A stretch of DNA of 32,000 nucleotides from an uncultured bacterium (GTDB lineage: Bacteria; Bacillota_I; Bacilli_A; RF39; UBA660), in contig CAUERX010000009.1 of assembly GCA_959020415.1 (NCBI GenBank), positions 497 to 32,496 on the forward strand, written 5' to 3'. The notes under the pieces were generated by a model. It was not told where the DNA came from, did no database searches, and saw only the letters and a program-made list of their open reading frames with translations. Of this stretch, positions 24,727 through 32,000 are shown piece by piece. Position 1 is the stretch's first letter. Each line of letters starts with the position of its first letter. The translations under genes were made by a program, and so were the position numbers.

Positions 24727-27084
24727 ATGTATCGAAAGAGTGATAAGTTAGAAGATCTGTATAAAAAATTACAAAGAAATATGGAAAAAGAATCATTAAA
24801 AAAACTTTTAGATCCAAACTTTGTGGTTAAAATTAATTATTCTCCGGATTATCAAAGAAATTATGTTTGGGGAACTAATAAAGCAATAAAATTAATTGAA
24901 ACAATATTAATAAATGGTGAAGTTCCACCAATTACGGTTATTGTAACTGATGGTGTCTATGAAATAATGGATGGGAGACAACGTTATGAATCACTACTTA
25001 GATATTTTAATGATGAATTTCCATTAAGGGCTTTCGGCTTAAGTTTGTTAAAGGATTTAGATGGTCTTACTTATTCACAGTTACCTAAAAATGTAAAAAC
25101 TCGATTTAATGATTATAAGTTAAAAATGATTACTTATACGCTAGAAAATGGTGTTTATTTTACTGGTGAAGATTTAGATAAAGTTAAGAGAGATTTATTT
25201 AGAAGATATAATTATGGAATGACGGCATTGTCACCAAGCGAAGTGGCAAGAGCTAAATATCTTTATGATCCTTTAACAATTGAAATGAGTAAATATTTTA
25301 AGGATAATAGGCAATTTTATGATAATTGTATTTCTATGTTCATACATCCATCTAAGCGTGATTACAATGACCGTGAAAAAATGAATTTACTTTTGATAAA
25401 TTTCAGGGAATTGTTATCATTTGGTTATATCCCAGTGATTGGTGTTTACAATGTTAAGTGCAGTATATCAGTTATTGAAAAATATTATGAAAGTTTTGTA
25501 AAAAAACAGGATTTAGTAAGTAATAAAGAAGAGTTTATTAAAATTTGTAATAAAGTATTTTTGGTTAAAACTTGTTTGGATCAAAGACATCATTTAATGA
25601 GAGGTAATGTACTTTTCTTTAAGTGTGTTTATTGGATGCTTACGATTTTGTATAAAACAAAGTCTCAATCTTTTTACGAATTTGATCCTCTGGCTTTTTG
25701 TCATTATGTAGAGAATAGTAAACAAGTAATAGAATATTTTGATAATTATGTTGATTTAAGTAGTGAACATATTATTAATAGATATAAGTATATGAAAGAG
25801 TATGTTAGTAATAATTTAAAATTAGATGTAGATGAATATTTAGAGTCTATAGTGGATAATCGTAAGCATGTAGTATATAAGCGACCAGTGAAACTTTGCA
25901 GCGATGAAGATTGGTTAGGTATTAAGAAATGTAATCAATTAATAACTCAGGATGAGAAGTTTACTGTTAGTGAAATTATAGAGCTTATTAAAGATGGTAG
26001 ATTTGTTGTCCGTCCTGTATATCAAAGAACAGAGGTTAAGAGTAAAGAAAAGGCTTCTAAGGTAATAGAAAGCTTATTATTAGGGGTAAAATTGCCGCCG
26101 TTATATGTAACGGTAAAGCAAAATGCATCTGGATTACCAGAGTATACTGTTATTGATGGGCAACAACGAGTTACTAATATTTTGAGATTCATGGGTGAAG
26201 AAATTACTGATGAAAAATTTGATTATATTAAAACGTTTAAAAATAATTATGCATTAACAGGCCTTAAGGATTCAAGTGATTTAGTAGGTAAAACGTTTGA
26301 AGGCACTAATTCTATTGGTGAGAGTAATAGAAACCTTATTCGTGAGTATCAAATTGATGTTATAAAAATTGAAAAACAGGCTAATCCGGATTTTGATGCA
26401 GTTGATATGTTTTTGCGTTTAAATGAAAATCCTTGCACAATAAGAAAAAATACCTTTGAAATGTGGAATTCTTATGATGTTGTTGAGACACTTAATAAAA
26501 TAAAAAAGATTGCGAAATATGATTTGTTTAAACAAGACGGAAACGCAATGAAAGAGGAAGAATTAGTAACTATTTTAGCTTATATGGATTATAAGAAAGT
26601 AAATTTATATAATTTTAAGGACTTTTTTAAAATCCATATTGATGCTAGAAACAAAGGAAAGCGAAGTCAAAGAAGCGAAATAAAAATTGCAATAACTTAC
26701 AAAGGGGCGATTACTAATTTTTTAGAGTCTTTGATTCCCGGGAGTGAGACTGAGAAGAAATTTCTAACAAGTTTAGATAAAGTACAACAATTTGTTAATA
26801 AATTAGAACTATTACGTGTAGACAATAGAAATTGTTTAATAGAAATTTTTAATCCGTATCTTATTAAAGCTAGAAAAGTCAATATGAAAGATTTTTATAT
26901 AATGTGGCTTATTTTGGCGGATTTAGATACTCATATTATTAAAACATATAGAGATGATATTTTAAATGAAATTAAAAACATTTTTAATTTGATGAAAAAT
27001 GTTCCCGAAAACATTAATGTAGAATTTTTTATTGATAACATTAGATTATTTGTTGATAAATATATAAGTTATGTAGTAAAATAA
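24727..27084 (+). CDS. Tandem DUF262 (ParB/GmrSD N-terminal nuclease-like) domain protein
   Basis: ATG 24727 after AGGAAG; the upstream TTG start in the track is rejected. First DUF262: DYQRNYVWG...IMDGRQR (24970-24984)...LFRRYNYG. Second DUF262: VYQRTEV...VIDGQQR (26155-26169)...MFLRLNENP. I could not recognise a DUF1524/His-Me nuclease motif. Confidence 0.8.
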   Translation: MYRKSDKLEDLYKKLQRNMEKESLKKLLDPNFVVKINYSPDYQRNYVWGTNKAIKLIETILINGEVPPITVIVTDGVYEIMDGRQRYESLLRYFNDEFPLRAFGLSLLKDLDGLTYSQLPKNVKTRFNDYKLKMITYTLENGVYFTGEDLDKVKRDLFRRYNYGMTALSPSEVARAKYLYDPLTIEMSKYFKDNRQFYDNCISMFIHPSKRDYNDREKMNLLLINFRELLSFGYIPVIGVYNVKCSISVIEKYYESFVKKQDLVSNKEEFIKICNKVFLVKTCLDQRHHLMRGNVLFFKCVYWMLTILYKTKSQSFYEFDPLAFCHYVENSKQVIEYFDNYVDLSSEHIINRYKYMKEYVSNNLKLDVDEYLESIVDNRKHVVYKRPVKLCSDEDWLGIKKCNQLITQDEKFTVSEIIELIKDGRFVVRPVYQRTEVKSKEKASKVIESLLLGVKLPPLYVTVKQNASGLPEYTVIDGQQRVTNILRFMGEEITDEKFDYIKTFKNNYALTGLKDSSDLVGKTFEGTNSIGESNRNLIREYQIDVIKIEKQANPDFDAVDMFLRLNENPCTIRKNTFEMWNSYDVVETLNKIKKIAKYDLFKQDGNAMKEEELVTILAYMDYKKVNLYNFKDFFKIHIDARNKGKRSQRSEIKIAITYKGAITNFLESLIPGSETEKKFLTSLDKVQQFVNKLELLRVDNRNCLIEIFNPYLIKARKVNMKDFYIMWLILADLDTHIIKTYRDDILNEIKNIFNLMKNVPENINVEFFIDNIRLFVDKYISYVVK

Positions 27085-27116
27085 GACATGGAATATTAGA
27101 AAATATTAATTAATAA

Positions 27117-27153
27117 AAACTTAGCTGAGCCTTAAACTTTGCTAGGTTTTTTT
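27117..27153 (+). terminator. Possible terminator after the DUF262 gene
   Basis: AAACTTAGC...GCTAGGTTT stem (one G:U pair) with a 15-nt loop and a T-run. Confidence 0.35.
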
Positions 27154-27219
27154 ATGAAGTTAAAATAATTTTATCTGCTGTAATAATATTCGTGTTATAC
27201 TTAATATAGGTGGTATGTT

Positions 27220-29523
27220 ATGATTGAACATATAAATAATAAAGATTTAGTAATTGCGCCTTTGAATATAAAAAATCAAATATTAAAGGAAGTGTCCAAT
27301 AAAAAGCTAATTTTGAATATTAATATTATGACGCTAGAGGAATTTAAAGATAATTATTTTGGGAGTTATAAACCGGGAGCTATTTATTACTTGATGAAAA
27401 AGCATAAGTTTAAATATGAAATCGCCCTTACGTATTTAAATAATCTTTTTTATAATTATGATTTGTTAAAATCATATTATGAGGAGTTAAAGGAACATAA
27501 TTTAATTCAAAAAAATGAGCTGTTTAAGAAATCTTTAGATAATATTGTTGTTATTGGTTACGAGGCTTTAGACGGATATTTAAGAGACACATTGGCTCAG
27601 TATAATGTAAGATATGTTTTAATGCCTGATGGTGATTATAAGCCTAAAGTGTATGGGTTTGATAAGCAGGTTGATGAAATTGTCTATATTGCTTCTGATA
27701 TTAGAGAAAAATTGAAAACGGTTGATATAAATAATATTTATTTGGCCAATGTTTCTGATAATTATAAAGATGATATTCGAAGAATATTTGCTTTATTTAA
27801 TTTACCCATTAATTTAGATACTAATTTTAATATTTATGGAACGGAGAATGTTCAAAAATTTTTAGCCATTTTAAAAAAGGATAAGAATATTGAGAACGCT
27901 TTAGAGAAACTTGAAAAAAATGAAATTTATAATAAAATAATTGAAATTTTAAATAAGTATATTTTTGTTTCAGATGTTGATGATATTTTTGTCGAAATTA
28001 TAACTAAGGAATTAATGAAGGCTACTGTAATAAAAAATGCTATAAAAAATGCGATTAATATTGTTCCTATAAATAGTTTAGAAAAGGATAAATATTATTA
28101 TGTCTTAGGTTTTAATCATGGAGAAGCTCCTAAAATTTATCATGACGATGATTTTATTAAGGATGAAGAGAGAAAAAAACTTGGGCTTCTTACCTCATTA
28201 GAAAAATATCAAATTAATAAAAAAGTCTTAATTAAACTTATTCACAATAATAATTTATTTATCAGTTATAAGTTAAAAGATAGTTATCAAACTTATTATC
28301 CATCACCTTTGATTGAGGAGCTTGGATTAGAAGTAGTAATGAATCCAATGGTAGATTTGGTTTATTCAAGTTTTTATAATAAACAGCAGCTAGCTTTATT
28401 ATTAGATGATTTTATTAAATATAATAAAGTTGATGGTAATTTAAAGCTTTTATTTGGAACTTACCCAGATATTCCATATTTAACATATGATAATAGTTAT
28501 AATGGTGTTTTATTAGATGATTTGTTTAAGTTTTTAAATAATAAAATGCGATTATCTTATTCGAGCATGAATAATTATTTTTTGTGTGCTTTTAGATTTT
28601 ATATTCAAAATATTTTAAAGTTAGATCCTTTTGAGGAAAATTTTGCGGCTTTTATAGGCTCTTTATTTCATGAATGCTTATCAAAAATGTATGATGCTGA
28701 TTTTGATTTGAAACATATTTATAAAAGTTACTTGGAAAGTAAAAATCTTTCAAGCAAAGAAATGTTTTTCGCTGAAAAACTTTATTCTAATTTAGAATTT
28801 ATAGTTAAAGTTATAAGAAAACAAGAGAGCTTTTCTAAATTCAATAAAGTTTTAACGGAACAAAATATTACTGTGGATAAATCGGGAAAACTAGAGATCA
28901 GTTTTGTTGGAATTGTCGATAAGATAAAGTATTTAGAAGATAACGAAAAAGTTTTGATGGCCATCATTGATTATAAAACAGGTAACATTTTAACAACCTT
29001 GGATAATATAAATTATGGTTTGAATCTTCAACTGCCAGTATATATATATTTAACTAAAAATGGTATGCATAAAGATGTTCAAATAGTTGGTTTTTATTTG
29101 CAGAAAATTTTGAATTCAGTAGATGTGGATAGTGATAATGTTCAATATGATTTGGAAAAGAAACTTAGACTTGATGGCTATACTATTAATAATGAAGATT
29201 TAATTAGAAGATTTGATGAGACATATGAAAAAAGTGAAGTAATTAAGGGCATGAGTTTAACTAAAAACGGTTTTTCGTCTTTTAGTAAGTTAGTGGATAA
29301 TGATGGAATTGAAAAAGTTACAGGTTTAGTTGACGATAAAATTAACGAAGTAATTGATGCAGTAACTAATGGAAATTTTAAAATAAATCCTAAACGAATT
29401 AATAATAAGCTTTTGGGCTGTGAGTACTGTAAATTTAAAGATATATGTTTTAGAAAAGAAGAAGATATTGTAAATTTAAGAAATACCAAATTTTCTGAGA
29501 TTGTAGGTGATGATAATGCCTAA
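27220..29523 (+). CDS. addB: Helicase-nuclease complex subunit AddB/RexB (short form; PD-(D/E)XK nuclease with Fe-S cysteines)
   Basis: RecB-type nuclease motifs GIVDKIKY...IIDYKTG, and C-terminal CEYCKFKDIC plus an upstream Cys. Its stop overlaps the start of addA. No Walker A motif is visible in the N-terminus. Confidence 0.85.
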   Translation: MIEHINNKDLVIAPLNIKNQILKEVSNKKLILNINIMTLEEFKDNYFGSYKPGAIYYLMKKHKFKYEIALTYLNNLFYNYDLLKSYYEELKEHNLIQKNELFKKSLDNIVVIGYEALDGYLRDTLAQYNVRYVLMPDGDYKPKVYGFDKQVDEIVYIASDIREKLKTVDINNIYLANVSDNYKDDIRRIFALFNLPINLDTNFNIYGTENVQKFLAILKKDKNIENALEKLEKNEIYNKIIEILNKYIFVSDVDDIFVEIITKELMKATVIKNAIKNAINIVPINSLEKDKYYYVLGFNHGEAPKIYHDDDFIKDEERKKLGLLTSLEKYQINKKVLIKLIHNNNLFISYKLKDSYQTYYPSPLIEELGLEVVMNPMVDLVYSSFYNKQQLALLLDDFIKYNKVDGNLKLLFGTYPDIPYLTYDNSYNGVLLDDLFKFLNNKMRLSYSSMNNYFLCAFRFYIQNILKLDPFEENFAAFIGSLFHECLSKMYDADFDLKHIYKSYLESKNLSSKEMFFAEKLYSNLEFIVKVIRKQESFSKFNKVLTEQNITVDKSGKLEISFVGIVDKIKYLEDNEKVLMAIIDYKTGNILTTLDNINYGLNLQLPVYIYLTKNGMHKDVQIVGFYLQKILNSVDVDSDNVQYDLEKKLRLDGYTINNEDLIRRFDETYEKSEVIKGMSLTKNGFSSFSKLVDNDGIEKVTGLVDDKINEVIDAVTNGNFKINPKRINNKLLGCEYCKFKDICFRKEEDIVNLRNTKFSEIVGDDNA

Positions 29524-32000
29524 GTGGACAGATGAGCAATTTGCGGCAATTCACGAAAAGGGCCAAAATATTATTGTTTCTGCAGGTGCTGGAAGTGGTA
29601 AGACTGCTGTTTTATCAGAGCGGGTTTTAGAACATGTTAAAAGTGGAATTGATATTGAAGATTTACTAGTTTTAACATTTACTAATGCCGCGGCTTCGGA
29701 AATGAAAGAGAGAATTCGAAGGAAATTGATGGATTTTCCAGAGTTAAAAAATCAGCTCGATAAAGTGGAGTTAGCTTATATTACAACCTTCGATGCTTAT
29801 GCATTTGGCATTGTTAAAAAGTATAATTATTTACTTAATGTTTCAAAAAATATAACTATTGCTCCTTCTGGGGTAATTGAATTAAAAAAAAGGGAAATAT
29901 TAAATTCAATATTTGAAGAAAAGTATGCTTCAAAAGATTTACTTTTTTTAAAGCTAATTGGCGATTTTTGTTTAAAAGATGATAAGGAGATCTTTGAGTC
30001 AGTACTTAGTATGAGTTCTAGATTAGATAATTTATATGGAAAAAGTGATTATTTAGAAAATTATTTAGAAAATTACTATAACGATTTTAATTTAGATAAC
30101 TTTATTTTAGAATATACAAAATTAATTAAAAAGAAAATTTCCAATATTGAAATGGCTGTCGATTATTTGTCATCATATGTTTCAGGTGATTATGTTAATA
30201 AAATTATTGAACTTTTATCGCCAATGTTAATGGCTATTAATTATGTGGAAATTAAAAATAATGTTCCTGAAAAATTACCACCTTTACCAAGAGGAGCTAG
30301 TGAAGAGGCGAAGGTTATTAAAAGTAAACTTTCATCTTTAATAAAGGAAATTAGTGCTTTGACTAGATATGAAAAAGAGGCGGAGATTAAAAAAACTATT
30401 TGGTTAACTAAGGATTATGTTCAAGCTATTATCCAGCTTATTTTAGAATTTGATAAGAGGCTTATGGCGTGGAAGATGGATAATGATGTTTATGAATTTA
30501 TCGACATTGCTAAGATGGCGATATGTGTACTAGAGAAAAATAAGACAATTAGAGAAGATCTTAAGAATAAGTATAAGGAAATATTAATTGATGAATATCA
30601 GGATACTAATGATTTGCAGGATTTATTTATTTCTTATATTCAAAACAATAATGTTTATATGGTTGGGGATGTTAAGCAATCTATTTACCGTTTTAGAAAC
30701 GCTAATCCATTATTATTTAAAGAAAAGTATGATAAATATTCAGACTTAAACGGGGGAATGAAGATTGATTTAAATCGTAATTTTAGATCGCGAAAAGAAG
30801 TTACCGAAAATATTAATTTAATTTTTAATTTGATTATGAACGATGAAATAGGTGGGGCGGATTATATAAGCTCTCATCAAATGATTTTTGGAAATTTAGC
30901 TTACGATAAAGTTAATTCAGAAAATTATCAAATGGAAATTCTTGATTATAAAATACCAGATGATAAATTGTTTTCAAAAGAGGAAATTGAAATTTTTACA
31001 ATTGCTAGAGATATTGAAAATAAAGTCAATAGTGATTATAAGATAATGGATAAAAACTCGTCAAGTGAACGAAGTATTACTTATGGTGATTTTGTTATTT
31101 TGATGGATAGATCTTCAGCTTTTGAAAATTATAAGAAAATATTTGAGTATTTGAATATTCCATTAACTATTTATCAAGATAAAACCATTTCTAATTCAGT
31201 CGACATTTTATTAATTAAAAATATATATAATATAGTTATTGGTATTAAAGATCGAAAATTTGATACTTTATTTAAATACTCTTTTATGTCGATTTTAAGG
31301 AGTTATTTATTTAGACTTTCGGATGCGGAAATATTTAAAATTATTAGTCAGGGACTATTTAAAGAGACTGCACTTTATGAAAAATGTTTAAAGATAGCTA
31401 ATGATTTTGAAAGACTTAACAACAAGGACTTTTATAATAGAATTATCGACGACTTTGATTTTTATAATAAAGTGATTACGATTGGCGATGTTAATGAGCA
31501 TATTATCACTTTAAATTCGATAGGAAAGATAGCTTCTGATTTATGTAATTTGGGATATGGACCTAGACAATTTCTAGATTATTTAAAAGAAGTTTCGGAA
31601 AAAGGGCTTGATATTAAATTATCTTTGAATAAGGAAAGCTCTAATTCGGTTAAGATTATGACAATTCATGCTTCAAAAGGCTTAGAATATCATGTGTGTT
31701 ATTTTAGCGGACTATATAAGAAGTTTAATATCGATGATTTAAAAAATAAGTTTTATTTTTCTTCTGATTATGGTATTTTAGCTCCGTATATTGATGGAGG
31801 ACCTAAAAATACGATTTTGAAGAGTTTACTTAAAAGTAAGTATTTGCATGAGGAAATTTCGGAAAAATTACGCTTGTTTTATGTAGCTTTAACAAGGGCA
31901 CGAGAAAAAATAATTTTAGTTACGCAGGTAGAACCTAATTTACTAAGTTTTAAAAGTAATGGTGTTATTAACGATGAAATTAGGGAAAATTATTTATCTT
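29516..32000 (+). CDS. addA: ATP-dependent helicase/nuclease subunit AddA/RexA (UvrD/Rep superfamily 1), 3'-truncated by the window edge
   Basis: ATG 29516 overlaps the addB stop. Contains WTDEQFAAI...VSAGAGSGKT, IDEYQDTNDLQD, GDVKQSIYRFRNANP, NFRSRKEV, TIHASKGLEY and LFYVALTRAREKI. The frame is open to the end of the window. Confidence 0.92.
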   Translation, partial: MPKWTDEQFAAIHEKGQNIIVSAGAGSGKTAVLSERVLEHVKSGIDIEDLLVLTFTNAAASEMKERIRRKLMDFPELKNQLDKVELAYITTFDAYAFGIVKKYNYLLNVSKNITIAPSGVIELKKREILNSIFEEKYASKDLLFLKLIGDFCLKDDKEIFESVLSMSSRLDNLYGKSDYLENYLENYYNDFNLDNFILEYTKLIKKKISNIEMAVDYLSSYVSGDYVNKIIELLSPMLMAINYVEIKNNVPEKLPPLPRGASEEAKVIKSKLSSLIKEISALTRYEKEAEIKKTIWLTKDYVQAIIQLILEFDKRLMAWKMDNDVYEFIDIAKMAICVLEKNKTIREDLKNKYKEILIDEYQDTNDLQDLFISYIQNNNVYMVGDVKQSIYRFRNANPLLFKEKYDKYSDLNGGMKIDLNRNFRSRKEVTENINLIFNLIMNDEIGGADYISSHQMIFGNLAYDKVNSENYQMEILDYKIPDDKLFSKEEIEIFTIARDIENKVNSDYKIMDKNSSSERSITYGDFVILMDRSSAFENYKKIFEYLNIPLTIYQDKTISNSVDILLIKNIYNIVIGIKDRKFDTLFKYSFMSILRSYLFRLSDAEIFKIISQGLFKETALYEKCLKIANDFERLNNKDFYNRIIDDFDFYNKVITIGDVNEHIITLNSIGKIASDLCNLGYGPRQFLDYLKEVSEKGLDIKLSLNKESSNSVKIMTIHASKGLEYHVCYFSGLYKKFNIDDLKNKFYFSSDYGILAPYIDGGPKNTILKSLLKSKYLHEEISEKLRLFYVALTRAREKIILVTQVEPNLLSFKSNGVINDEIRENYLS

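Noticed and set aside
17699-27219. Prophage- or phage-borne DGR with att sites
   Set aside because: No capsid, tail, terminase, integrase or recombinase genes are present in the island. I found no direct repeat of the tRNA-His 3' end at the distal border by eye. This was a visual check only and is not exhaustive.
176-29489. Short antisense or overlapping ORFs from the track: 176-544(-), 5179-5427(-), 7147-7359(+), 8039-8242(-), 10621-10839(+), 11041-11223(+), 12077-12259(-), 12267-12494(-), 13411-13605(-), 16085-16300(+), 18034-18270(+), 21488-21709(-), 23378-23605(+), 23655-23939(-), 24184-24459(-), 26697-26882(-), 28782-28967(-), 29178-29489(-)
   Set aside because: Each lies inside or opposite a much longer ORF with clear family motifs, or, in the case of 12077-12259, 12267-12494 and 18034-18270, within pseudogene debris. 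They have no RBS and a low-complexity or hydrophobic composition typical of shadow frames in AT-rich DNA.
1-32000. CRISPR arrays, rRNA genes, or additional VR copies of the TR
   Set aside because: No regularly spaced direct repeats or rRNA-like sequence were seen. The GC-rich TR anchors (GCGCGCGTCG and GGTGGCGCTCGCCCAG) were found only at the TR and the single VR. This was visual scanning, so a degenerate remote VR cannot be excluded.

Overview
This is a very AT-rich chromosomal window from an endospore-forming Bacillota (Firmicutes) that uses the standard genetic code. Long housekeeping ORFs are intact under code 11 and Trp is written TGG. Most of the window is core genome: rpsF-ssb-rpsR, rpiB, the sporulation cluster spoIID / spoIIQ-like / spoIIID-mbl, an M18 aminopeptidase, a WecA/TagO-type transferase, DUF421, NUDIX, a Ca2+/cation antiporter, a secreted thermonuclease, typA, cotJ(A-B fusion)-cotJC, tRNA-His, and addB-addA running off the 3' edge. 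About 11.75-12.9 kb is a decayed IS1182-like transposase plus other gene debris. The main result is an accessory island of about 9.4 kb between tRNA-His (17622-17698) and addB (27220). It holds a complete diversity-generating retroelement: a promoter, an Avd-like four-helix-bundle gene, a 74-nt template repeat (TR, 19268-19341), a structured spacer, and a DGR-type reverse transcriptase. The matching variable repeat (VR, 20870-20943) lies in the next gene. TR and VR differ at 10 positions, all of them TR adenines, and at none of the 49 non-adenine positions. The diversified gene has no signal peptide. It fuses a small WW...GxRPAL lectin-like VR domain to a MoxR/AAA_5-class AAA+ ATPase. It is followed by a P-loop-less AAA paralogue with an overlapping start, and then by a Zn-metallopeptidase(HExxH)/VWA(MIDAS) protein. 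A tandem-DUF262 (GmrSD/ParB-nuclease-like) protein sits next door. The target reading frame is currently interrupted by one in-frame TGA inside the VR, at a codon that the TR itself templates as TAA. I read this as a candidate intracellular, DGR-diversified AAA+/VWA sensor-effector (defence-like) module with a built-in ON/OFF codon. That function is inference, not something the sequence shows.
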